The notes under the pieces: generated by a model | Databases searched by the model: none | The model's input: only the letters and a program-made list of their open reading frames with translations | What the model was told of the DNA's origin: nothing | DNA from: Pyrodictium sp. | GTDB lineage: Archaea > Thermoproteota > Thermoprotei_A > Sulfolobales > Pyrodictiaceae | DNA: 64,000 bases | Direction: 5' to 3' | Assembly: GCA_013540595.1 (NCBI GenBank) | Contig: JABXKE010000002.1 | Coordinates: 60,050 to 124,049 of the forward strand | Made by a program: the position numbers and the translations under genes | Shown: piece after piece, positions 18,401-26,861 of the stretch | How positions within the stretch are numbered: the first letter of the stretch is position 1 | How the letters are laid out: each line of letters begins with the position of its first letter

Positions 18401-19156
18401 TTATGGCCTGCTTATCTTGTCTACTATGGCCGCCACATCCTTGTATGCCTCCGTCATGCGGAGCTTATCAGGGGATCCCACGGCCTCTTCAAGCCTATCA
18501 TCGAGTCTTATAGCTCCAGCAACAACATACTCCTTGACACGTAGTCTTGGACTGAAAGAGTCAGCCATGTTAACTACTATTATTGGCTTTTTATGCAACA
18601 ACTCCTCGACCAAGGGGAGAGACCTTTCTAGGCTCTTTATAGAGAGTCGTGACGGAGTAGTGACTGCTATCACTCTAGTCTTGTCGGCCGCAACACTTCT
18701 CAAAAGCTTGAATAGTGTTAGCTGTGTGTCTCCGAGCCCTGGGGGAGTGTCAATCACCAGTGTATTGACTCCTTCCCAGTTGCCTATCGTGAATAGTTCA
18801 AGTAGCGCATCAACATCCTCTTCTCCCCTTAGAGGCAGCGAGGTTTCTCCAGCAAAGAATACTGGTGATAGGATATAGAGATTATCAATAACCTTGTATG
18901 GTTTTACGCCCATGACTTCTTCAAGCTCTACCCGTGCAGGAACACCTAAGATCACGTGGAGTGTGGGGCTAGCAAAATCTACATCAAGTAGCCCAGTGCT
19001 AACACCCTTTTCAGCTAGCGCCAAGCCAAGTAACGCAGTTAGAGTTGATTTTCCTACGCCGCCTTTAGTACTAACAACAATTATTACCTCTTCTACTTTC
19101 GAGAGCTGATACTCTACACCGGAGAGCCTGGGATCAGACTCTGCAACATTAACCAT
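18401..19156 (-). CDS. Mrp/MinD/NBP35-family P-loop ATPase, probably the ATPase-type hydrogenase maturation factor HypB found in Thermococcales and other archaea.
   Basis: Deviant Walker A STKGGVGKST. Length is 251 aa. It is co-oriented with, and overlaps by 8 nt, the hypA-like gene immediately upstream. Confidence 0.7.
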   Translation of the reverse strand: MVNVAESDPRLSGVEYQLSKVEEVIIVVSTKGGVGKSTLTALLGLALAEKGVSTGLLDVDFASPTLHVILGVPARVELEEVMGVKPYKVIDNLYILSPVFFAGETSLPLRGEEDVDALLELFTIGNWEGVNTLVIDTPPGLGDTQLTLFKLLRSVAADKTRVIAVTTPSRLSIKSLERSLPLVEELLHKKPIIVVNMADSFSPRLRVKEYVVAGAIRLDDRLEEAVGSPDKLRMTEAYKDVAAIVDKISRP

Positions 19157-19535
19157 AGACTCTCACCCTGATTTCTCTGCCCCTCACCACCTTCAAGTCC
19201 CTTGAGCCGCACTTGGGGCACCTCACATAGGCATGTAGGGCTTCAGGGAGAAAGTGTATGGCTTCTCTCGCGTCTGGACTGAGCTCGCTCATGTCCAATC
19301 TCCACTCATGGCTACATTGCTCGCAGCGTAGAACTGGCGGCTCAGTAGTAATCCTATACTCCACGCCCGGCATCACTTCTCTAAGGTTCATGCGCAGGTA
19401 CTCGCTCAAGACATCAATGTCAATATTCTGCAACTCACCAACAACAACTTCAACTAGCTTAGGCTTCGCAGCAAGAGACTTGGCGAGTTTCTCTGCTTCA
19501 CGCAAAACTGCAAGGGCTATAGCGGCTTCATGCAA
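19149..19535 (-). CDS. hypA: Hydrogenase nickel-insertion protein HypA.
   Basis: N-terminal MHE motif (MHEAAIALAV). Zn-finger cysteines are CEQC...CPKC. Length is 128 aa. Confidence 0.75.
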   Translation of the reverse strand: MHEAAIALAVLREAEKLAKSLAAKPKLVEVVVGELQNIDIDVLSEYLRMNLREVMPGVEYRITTEPPVLRCEQCSHEWRLDMSELSPDAREAIHFLPEALHAYVRCPKCGSRDLKVVRGREIRVRVYG

Positions 19536-19586
19536 GTCAAGCCTACACCAGGAAAGAGAGTATCCGGGCTACAGAAGAGAAAAGTG

Positions 19587-20531
19587 TTACCCTTTCATGT
19601 ATACTAGTATCCTGTCAGCCGCTATGCCTAACCCTATTACTAGGCCTAAGACGAGGTTAGTGTTGAAGGCCTTTGGGATTGCGCCTAGCCCGCTTCTTGC
19701 AAGCAAGTAGTGCTGGTAGCCTAGTAATATGCCAGAAACGATGACGGTTAATGCAGCAATGCCATCAAGGCCGTACACCCTTATAGACGCTGTCAACAAC
19801 AGGAAAACAGCTAGGTGCATGAGGGCTGATAAGCGGAGAGCATTCCTTACGCCTAGCCTAGCAGGGATACTGCCAAGGCCCATCTTCTTGTCGAACTCGT
19901 AGTCCATTATGGCGTAGTATGTATCGAAGCCTGCAACCCACAGGGTTACAGCTACTACGAGTAGCCAGGGCACAGAGGAGAGTACTTCAGCTATGTTGGC
20001 TGCATTCATCCCTGCAGAGGCTACTGCACCCCCGAAGACCACGAAGCCTAGAACCGCTCCGAGGTGGAGGTGGGGTATCCAGTGCACTCTCTTAGCGTAA
20101 GGGTAGCTCATAGCGATAACCCATAACACTGGGCTTAGAGCCAGTGTGTAGATGTTTAGCATTGCAGCAGAAGCATAGTACAAGAGGGATCCGAGAACTA
20201 CTAGTAGCCATGCATCCCTGAGGCTCACAGCTCCCGTCACGAGGGGCCTCATCCTTGTACGGGGGTTTTCGCGGTCTATATCTAGGTCAGCGATATTATT
20301 AAAGGCCATGGCAGCTGTGCGTAGCCCGAGTACTGCAAGGCCAATGAGCACAGCGACCCTCAAGTCTACACAGCTACTACACGCTACGAGTGCTCCTGCA
20401 TAGGCGAATGGGAGGCTGAAGAGGGTATGCTCTATCCGTACAAGCCTCGCCAAAGCAGCAAGCCTACTCCTACCCCTAAGCCTGCCAGGATCCCAGGAAG
20501 CCACCACACCTACCCACCCAGCAAAGCACAC
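19587..20531 (-). CDS. ubiA: UbiA-family aromatic prenyltransferase (4-hydroxybenzoate polyprenyltransferase-like).
   Basis: NNIADLDIDRENPRTRMRPLVTG corresponds to the NDxxDxxxD prenyl-diphosphate motif. About 8 TM helices. Confidence 0.8.
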   Translation of the reverse strand: MCFAGWVGVVASWDPGRLRGRSRLAALARLVRIEHTLFSLPFAYAGALVACSSCVDLRVAVLIGLAVLGLRTAAMAFNNIADLDIDRENPRTRMRPLVTGAVSLRDAWLLVVLGSLLYYASAAMLNIYTLALSPVLWVIAMSYPYAKRVHWIPHLHLGAVLGFVVFGGAVASAGMNAANIAEVLSSVPWLLVVAVTLWVAGFDTYYAIMDYEFDKKMGLGSIPARLGVRNALRLSALMHLAVFLLLTASIRVYGLDGIAALTVIVSGILLGYQHYLLARSGLGAIPKAFNTNLVLGLVIGLGIAADRILVYMKG

Positions 20532-20535
20532 TAAT

Positions 20536-21993
20536 CTACTCTAAGCCCAGACTAGCCCATATCTCATCGACTCTCCTAGCTGTCTCCGGGTCTGGTTCCA
20601 CCTCAGCAGGCCACTCTTTACCGCCATACTCTTCTGGGAGCTTGCGCGTAGCATCTATTCCAAGCTTACTACCATAGCCTGGTGTTGGGGTTGCTGGGTC
20701 AAGCTGGTCTGTATGTGTGCCAGGAACCACTACGACGTCACGCTGGGGGTCTACGTGGGCTGAGACTGCCCAGAGCACCTGGTTTATGTCGTGTACGTCC
20801 ACGTCGTGGTCGACTACTATGATTATCTTGGTTAGAGCCATCTGGCCAAGACCCCACAAAGCCATCATAACCTTCTTAGCGTGGCCTGGGTAGCGTTTAC
20901 GGATAGATACTATGGCTATGCCTTGGAATACACCGTACTCTGGTAAGTTAATGTCCACAATTTCTGGTAGCAAGGTGCGCAGCACAGGGAGGAACACGCG
21001 TTCGACCGCCTTCCCCAGGGCAGCATCCTCCATTGGCGGCTTACCAACAACAGTTACAGGAAAAACTGGGTTACTCTTCTTCCACAGTCTCTCAACAGTT
21101 ATCACTGGGAACTCCTCGTGTGGAGTGTCATAGTAGCCCCAGTGATCCCCAAAGGGCCCCTCTGGAGCCGTCTTGTCAGGATCAACCCAACCCTCAATAA
21201 CTACTTCAGCGCTAGCAGGCACAAGTACGCCATTGGGTAACCTATAGACCTCTACGCCTCGGCCAGCCATTATACCAGCAAACAACAGTTTATCCATGGG
21301 GTACGGTACTGGCATCACACCAGTAAGCATTGTAGCTGGATCAGAGCCCACTACGACTGCTATGGGTAGCTTTTCACCACGCTCAGACGCCAGGCTATAG
21401 GCTAAGCGGCCACGCTTATGCATCTGCCAGTGGACAACGAGTTCTCTAGGGCCACGAATCATTACGCGATAAACACCAATATTTGTAACGCCAGTAACAG
21501 GATCTACAGTGTAGACCTGCCCAAAGGTTATATATCTGCCCCCATCACGTGGCCACTGCATGATGGCCGGCAATGTCTCAACATTAACCTTGTTGCCCTC
21601 CACAACCTCATCACCAAATGATGGTCTACGGACACTCCTAGGAGCATAACGGCCAAGATCCAGTACGTCACGTAGACTGCGGAGCTTCTCAACAATACTT
21701 AGCGGAGGTGAGCGCCAAGCCAGGGAGACTAGTCTCTCACCAACATCCTCGAGCCTCTCAACGCCAAGAGCGAGCTTTATCCTCTCAAGAGAGCCGAACA
21801 AGTTGCCAGCAATTCTCCAGCCAGGGAACCCTTTGACCTCCTCAAAGAGGACTGCTGGGCCACGACGCTGCATAACCCTTCTCAAGACTTCAGGGATTTC
21901 AAGCACGGGGCTTAAGGGAACACGTACTCTCCGCAGCTCACCCTTTTCCTCATAGACCCTAAGGAGTTCACGTAGGTCACGTACTGCAGGCAA
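20536..21993 (-). CDS. ubiD: UbiD-family (prenylated-FMN dependent) decarboxylase.
   Basis: It is 485 aa with UbiD-family features: N-terminal LRELLRVYEEKGEL, central metal/prFMN-binding region. It lies 4 nt upstream of ubiA in the same orientation. Confidence 0.8.
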   Translation of the reverse strand: MPAVRDLRELLRVYEEKGELRRVRVPLSPVLEIPEVLRRVMQRRGPAVLFEEVKGFPGWRIAGNLFGSLERIKLALGVERLEDVGERLVSLAWRSPPLSIVEKLRSLRDVLDLGRYAPRSVRRPSFGDEVVEGNKVNVETLPAIMQWPRDGGRYITFGQVYTVDPVTGVTNIGVYRVMIRGPRELVVHWQMHKRGRLAYSLASERGEKLPIAVVVGSDPATMLTGVMPVPYPMDKLLFAGIMAGRGVEVYRLPNGVLVPASAEVVIEGWVDPDKTAPEGPFGDHWGYYDTPHEEFPVITVERLWKKSNPVFPVTVVGKPPMEDAALGKAVERVFLPVLRTLLPEIVDINLPEYGVFQGIAIVSIRKRYPGHAKKVMMALWGLGQMALTKIIIVVDHDVDVHDINQVLWAVSAHVDPQRDVVVVPGTHTDQLDPATPTPGYGSKLGIDATRKLPEEYGGKEWPAEVEPDPETARRVDEIWASLGLE

Positions 21994-22288
21994 CTACTAC
22001 CCCTCCATCCCCTACACAGAGCAGGGCCACCTTATACTAGCACTTCTCTAGGAGTCAAACCAATCTAGCTCAAGTTGAAAGAACTAAGAATGCAGCGCCT
22101 TCTACTGCTATGACACCATAGCACTTGATTTTCACTTTAGAGCCATTGCTTCACTTGATACTATGCCAACAAGGCTCTCCCTCACTCCTAGAGGAGGGCA
22201 TACATAGTGGTAGTCTAGCCTGATGCACGCAGGCTTTATACTGTTTGAAGGGCATGAAATGCTGATCTTGTCTGGGGCCTATACCATG

Positions 22289-22993
22289 CTAGCCTTCAAG
22301 TGCCCTAACTAGCTTTCTTAGCCTCTCTTCTCTTGGCAGACCAGCAAGTTCTACTACGGCTGAGACTCTTGCAGGAGCAGGTGTTAGCAGGTACACACGA
22401 TCCGCCACAGAGGCTACATCAGCTATGTTGTGGTCAACAAATATTATTGATCTACCATCACTCCTTAGATTGTTTAGTGTCCGGAGGAGACTAAGCCTGG
22501 AAGAGACATCCAGCCCTGCCAGGGGCTCGTCTAGGAGGAGAATGTCTGGGTTAAGCACGAGCATACGAGCAATAGCTGCCTTACGTGCTGTGCCGCCACT
22601 CACCTCGCCTGGCTTCTTGTCTAAGTGCTCCTCTATGCCTAGAAGCCTTGCTGCCCACTCTACTCTCCTAAGTGCCTCCCTCTTTGGGAGCCCGCTGTAG
22701 CGCAGCCCAAGCATAATGTTGTCCCGTAGACTCCTCCATGGCAGTAGGAGGTTTTCTTGGAAAACCATTGTTATACTACCCCTCCTAATCACAGCGCCAG
22801 AGTCTGGTTCTTCGAGGCCAGCAAGTATCCTTAGAAGAGTAGTCTTCCCCGACCCATTAGGCCCGACAACAGCTACTAGCTCGCCCCTATCCGCTCTAAC
22901 ACTTACACAGTCCAGTACTAAGCGCCCACCATAGCTCTTTGTTATGCACCTACCCTCGATCACCGCTGCATTGTAGCCCACTCCTTGACCCAC
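22289..22993 (-). CDS. ABC transporter ATP-binding protein (NitT/TauT nitrate/sulfonate/bicarbonate family).
   Basis: Walker A GPNGSGKTT, signature/Walker B LLLDEPLAGLD, 234 aa. Confidence 0.9.
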   Translation of the reverse strand: MGQGVGYNAAVIEGRCITKSYGGRLVLDCVSVRADRGELVAVVGPNGSGKTTLLRILAGLEEPDSGAVIRRGSITMVFQENLLLPWRSLRDNIMLGLRYSGLPKREALRRVEWAARLLGIEEHLDKKPGEVSGGTARKAAIARMLVLNPDILLLDEPLAGLDVSSRLSLLRTLNNLRSDGRSIIFVDHNIADVASVADRVYLLTPAPARVSAVVELAGLPREERLRKLVRALEG

Positions 22994-23835
22994 CCCTCAA
23001 GCCTTGCAAGTATGAGCTGGTCAAGTACCACCATGAGCGCTACGAGTAGTAACCCCCAAGCAAAGACGCCCCGCGGCTCTGCTAGCGAGTAGTAGTTCTC
23101 TATCATGTAGCCTATACCGCCACTTGCACCCATGGCCTCTGCGACAACACTAATCCTCAATGCTGCACCCAGAGCTGCCCGGGCAGCACCAGCTAGGCCT
23201 GGGAGGAGGCTTGGAAGAAGGAAGTCAGGGTATAGCCTCCACCGGGGGGCACGGAGCATTACTGCGAGTTCTACTAGGCGTCTACTCGTAGACTCTAACC
23301 CTGCAACAATAGAGGATAACAGTATTGGAAATGCTACAGCAGCCGCGACAAGTATTGGTGGTAGTGGACTAAACACGCCAAAAAGCATGAGGAACACTAT
23401 GATCCACACTAGCACCGAGACGCTTTGGACGAGAGTGTTAAGAGCCCTTATGGCATCACGAGCTGTACTACTCAATGTGTACACGTATCCTAGAAACACT
23501 GCTACTGTGAGAGCTAGCGTGAAGCCAGCGAGTGTTCTTAGCAGAGTCACGAGTATACTAGAAGCTATCCTGGCTAGGCCCTCTCCCGCTAGGAAGAACA
23601 GTGTATCAGTTATGCCTGGTATCTGACCAGGGTAGGCGTAGTGTAAACAATGCCAAGAAGCCAGGGCTAGGGCTAGGACTAGCCCCCAGCCCCGTAGAAG
23701 GCTCCTTTTGCTAGGTCCTCGAGGCCTCCAGCTATGTAGCCACCCTGGCGTGCTAGCCTCCACACAGTCACTATGTTCTCTACAAGAATCCCAGTGAGCT
23801 TCTCTGCCTCCTCCATCCGCACCCTCTCCCAGCAA
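22960..23835 (-). CDS. ABC transporter permease (binding-protein-dependent inner-membrane component, NitT/TauT type).
   Basis: Polytopic membrane protein immediately upstream of the ATPase. The annotated N-terminus overlaps the substrate-binding-protein gene by 157 nt, so the true start is probably downstream. Confidence 0.7.
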   Translation of the reverse strand: MLGEGADGGGREAHWDSCREHSDCVEASTPGWLHSWRPRGPSKRSLLRGWGLVLALALASWHCLHYAYPGQIPGITDTLFFLAGEGLARIASSILVTLLRTLAGFTLALTVAVFLGYVYTLSSTARDAIRALNTLVQSVSVLVWIIVFLMLFGVFSPLPPILVAAAVAFPILLSSIVAGLESTSRRLVELAVMLRAPRWRLYPDFLLPSLLPGLAGAARAALGAALRISVVAEAMGASGGIGYMIENYYSLAEPRGVFAWGLLLVALMVVLDQLILARLEGWVKEWATMQR

Positions 23836-24692
23836 TACTCGGCAGCCTCACTAGTTAAGCCGTAGACCTCCTGGAGCACACGTATGGCAAGCTCCCTATT
23901 ATTATTCCACTCTCTAGCAGCCTCAGCCCTAGCCTTCTGGAGCTTCTCTACGAGCTCAGGATTCTCCCGAGCCCACTCGCCTCGTGCAGCATAGACTATC
24001 ATGACACCAGAGTCGCCGGGCCCACCCCATCTCCTCCATAGAGTGGTATAATCCACTACTATCCTTCCACCATACTCCTTCACTAGCTTAGAGACAAAAG
24101 GCTCCCATATCACTACAGCATCCAGGTCGCCACGCTGGAAGGACTCTACTAGCTGTGGAGGAGGCATGCTGGCAAGCTCAAACGCCTCCTCAGGGTCAGC
24201 ACCATATAAGGCTTTCATGTACGCTCTGAACATTGCATAGGTTCCTGTTGGCTTGAACACGCCAAGCCTACGGCCATACAAGTCCTCGAGACTTTTAGCC
24301 TCCACCCCACTCCTAACAACTACTGCTTGGTTCTGGTAGAAGTCAACTGCGACTATAACAACGTCTGTTCCCTGCTCGCGGAGCTTAGCAACAAACTCTG
24401 CAGGGATAACAGCTATGTCAATATCACCCCTAGCAAGAGCATTAGCTAAGTCGAGAGTCTTGCTGAACAATACTACTTCAAGCTTGAAGCCATGCTTCTC
24501 ATCTAGTCCAAGCTCACGCATTACATCAAGGCTTGAAATGCCACCACGCAGCGTACCAATACGCACGAAAGACTTCTCAGAGCCTCCGCCCATCAACAAG
24601 CTTTGATAAGCAAGGAGCGCCAGTACAATGACTACTACGGCAAGAACCAAGAGAACTATTTTCCTCAAGCCGGGCCACCAGGCAAGAAGCAT
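23679..24692 (-). CDS. ABC transporter substrate-binding protein (NMT1/SsuA/TauA-like) with an N-terminal membrane anchor.
   Basis: N-terminal TM/signal (LLVLAVVVIVLALLAY) followed by a periplasmic-binding-protein type II fold. It is the first gene of the ABC operon. Confidence 0.65.
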   Translation of the reverse strand: MLLAWWPGLRKIVLLVLAVVVIVLALLAYQSLLMGGGSEKSFVRIGTLRGGISSLDVMRELGLDEKHGFKLEVVLFSKTLDLANALARGDIDIAVIPAEFVAKLREQGTDVVIVAVDFYQNQAVVVRSGVEAKSLEDLYGRRLGVFKPTGTYAMFRAYMKALYGADPEEAFELASMPPPQLVESFQRGDLDAVVIWEPFVSKLVKEYGGRIVVDYTTLWRRWGGPGDSGVMIVYAARGEWARENPELVEKLQKARAEAAREWNNNRELAIRVLQEVYGLTSEAAEYCWERVRMEEAEKLTGILVENIVTVWRLARQGGYIAGGLEDLAKGAFYGAGG

Positions 24693-24747
24693 AGTATGCT
24701 CTAGGCCTAAATCTCTAATCCAGAAGAGGGGAAACAGGACAAGGTAT

Positions 24748-24840
24748 GGCCGCGGCCTCTAGCGCATCCGGGCAACCGGTTCATCGAACCGCCCGTGCGG
24801 CGGCCTCACCGTGCGTCGGCCGAGGGAGTGCCGCCGACCA
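24748..24840. other. GC-rich (~70% GC), hairpin-dense intergenic element. It may be a structured small RNA or a regulatory/terminator structure.
   Basis: GGCCGCGGCC palindrome at 24748-24757. Perfect 5-bp hairpin CCGCC-cgtgc-GGCGG at 24789-24803. A 6-bp stem GTCGGC...GCCGAC at 24815-24838. The surrounding sequence is about 50% GC. Confidence 0.3.
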
Positions 24841-24906
24841 CTCATGTACTTAATATTATGTATTACTGTTTGGCTGGAATATAAGATCTTAGAGTAGAGA
24901 AAAGGC

Positions 24907-26145
24907 TTAGCCCGATTTTGGCCACCACGTATAATCTCTTACGAGGTCATCATAAGTCTGTCTCCTCCGTGTAAGAACAATTCTGCCATCACGTGTGACT
25001 ACGACTTCGGCTGGTAGGGGGCGCATGTTGTAGTTTGAGGCCATTGATATGCCATAAGCACCGGCATTAAGTAATGCGACAATATCGCCTTCTTGAGGGT
25101 GTGGGACTAGTCTTCCACGTGCTAGCACATCACTGCTCTCACAGAGGTTACCAACGATATCGGCTAGAAACATTGGTTGCTGGCATGCACGATCCACAAT
25201 GACTACTTCATGGTATGCATTGTACAGTGCTGGTCTTATCAAATGGTTGACCCCAGTATCTGTGCCGACTACTAGTACCCCCTCGGCTCTTCTTACATCA
25301 GTAACCCTGGCGAGGAGGATGCCAGCCTCTGCTACGAAGTAGCGCCCAAGCTCTATTGCTATGTTATAGCCTCTCGCCCCGAGGTCGTCGATGGCTTGTT
25401 TGAGCATTTCAGAGAACTTGCTCCATGGAAACCTTTTGTCTGTAGGCCTGTAGGGTACAGCAAAGCCTCCCCCAATGTCTAGCTCCTCAACACTACCTAT
25501 CTCCTGGGCTAGGCTGTACAAGAACTCGAAGACTTCAATGTAGAGTCTTGGGTCATCTATCCCAGACCCTATGTGGGCGTGTAGCCTCTTAACGCTGATA
25601 CCACAACTGTCCAAGGCTTCTACAACATCTCTTAGCTGGCCTGGCGGGACACCAAACTTTGACCCGCGTCCCCCCGTTATAGTGTACTCGTGGTGTCCAG
25701 CGCCAAATAACGGATTTACCCTCACGCCAACGCCTCCCTTGTACCCCAGTCTGCATAGCTTCTTTGCTGAGGAAAGCGAGTCTATGTTTATCTCAACGCC
25801 TAGCTTCACAGCATAAGCCAAGTCTTCTAACGAGACGTTATTACCCGTGAACAGCACACGTGAAGGATCAACACCGAGCCTATATGCTATGTAGAGTTCG
25901 CCTGGAGACACTGCTTCTAGGCCGAGCCCAAGAGAGTACATTAGCCATGCTATGTATGGATTTGGATTTGCCTTAAGAGAATAATAGATACGTGACACTA
26001 TGCCACTCGTAGAGTTCTTAACCTCATCTACACGCCCCACAATAGTATCCTCATCATAGACATATACTGGCGTACCATAACGCTCTGCTATGCTGGAAGC
26101 AGGGTACAAGCCTACGTAAAGCCTGCATTCACGTATACTAATCAA
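24907..26145 (-). CDS. PLP-dependent Orn/DAP/Arg decarboxylase (family 2, alanine-racemase-like fold), diaminopimelate-decarboxylase-like.
   Basis: PLP-Lys motif YSLKANPNP. GGGF glycine-rich loop. C-terminal beta domain with ESSD and NAGAYG motifs. Confidence 0.85.
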   Translation of the reverse strand: MISIRECRLYVGLYPASSIAERYGTPVYVYDEDTIVGRVDEVKNSTSGIVSRIYYSLKANPNPYIAWLMYSLGLGLEAVSPGELYIAYRLGVDPSRVLFTGNNVSLEDLAYAVKLGVEINIDSLSSAKKLCRLGYKGGVGVRVNPLFGAGHHEYTITGGRGSKFGVPPGQLRDVVEALDSCGISVKRLHAHIGSGIDDPRLYIEVFEFLYSLAQEIGSVEELDIGGGFAVPYRPTDKRFPWSKFSEMLKQAIDDLGARGYNIAIELGRYFVAEAGILLARVTDVRRAEGVLVVGTDTGVNHLIRPALYNAYHEVVIVDRACQQPMFLADIVGNLCESSDVLARGRLVPHPQEGDIVALLNAGAYGISMASNYNMRPLPAEVVVTRDGRIVLTRRRQTYDDLVRDYTWWPKSG

Positions 26146-26337
26146 TTATAAACACCAGGAGACATTCTGATCGAAGGCTAGTACTTCGCTGTAACCAGGT
26201 ACATTGTGCCCGCTTTTTAAGCGCATAGCACACTAGAAACCGGGAATGCTGGCCGATTTGAGTCAATGACAAGGTTTAGGGAAAGGCAAGAGAAAATAGT
26301 TGGGTGGGAAGGCCCCGCCGAGGCCCTATTCAGAGTT

Positions 26338-26838
26338 CTAGGCCTGCTTCATACACCTTATAGCTGAGATCATTGCCTTCATTGCTGCAGCCATTTCTGG
26401 GCTCTTCATTAGTGATAGTAGCTGGAAGAGCCCCATGCCCTTCTCAGTCTTCTTAAGCTCCTCCATAGCCTTCTCAGTACACTTCGGCATAGTCTCTGCC
26501 ATCTGTACCAGCATTGGGTGGCTGAACTGTGACAACATGTACACTAGCATCATAGCATTTGCTACAGCTGACATGAACTCTGCACGTGTAGCAGCGTTGA
26601 AGAGTTCATCGCTGCTCCCAGTAAAGACTTCAAGGGCTGCCAGTGCACCAGACTCTTTTAGGTCGTTAAGTAGCTTTACAAGCCTAGCAATAGTGTCCAT
26701 GTTCTCTGATAGGAGCTTAATAGTCTCTGCCGCCTTCTTGAAATCTATACTCTTTATGGCTTCAGCTAGGGCCTTAGCGTCTTCTTCAGGTATCTGCTCG
26801 AGAGCTTCCATAAGGGGGTTCTTCTTCTCAGCCATCAC
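26338..26838 (-). CDS. DUF1641-family protein. This family is typically partnered with FAD-dependent pyridine-nucleotide-disulfide oxidoreductases.
   Basis: All-helical 166-aa protein. It sits immediately downstream of, and is co-oriented with, the SQR-like flavoprotein gene. The family call rests on gene context plus overall composition. Confidence 0.5.
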   Translation of the reverse strand: MMAEKKNPLMEALEQIPEEDAKALAEAIKSIDFKKAAETIKLLSENMDTIARLVKLLNDLKESGALAALEVFTGSSDELFNAATRAEFMSAVANAMMLVYMLSQFSHPMLVQMAETMPKCTEKAMEELKKTEKGMGLFQLLSLMKSPEMAAAMKAMISAIRCMKQA

Positions 26839-26861
26839 GGATCACCTCCACTTGGGATAGT

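Noticed and set aside
24748-24840. Possible tRNA or C/D-box sRNA in the GC-rich element.
   Set aside because: Fold attempts on both strands failed. The GGTTCATCGAACC / GGTTCGATGAACC segment would give a 9-nt T-loop, which is not canonical. No acceptor or D-arm pairing could be built, and no C (UGAUGA) plus D (CUGA) box pair was found. It is kept only as an unclassified structured element.
26311-26325. Hairpin GGCC-ccgccga-GGCC after the DUF1641 gene, considered as a terminator.
   Set aside because: It has only a 4-bp stem. The following T-rich tract (TTTTCTCTT on the transcribed strand) is more likely to be the actual termination signal. It is too weak to list as a feature.
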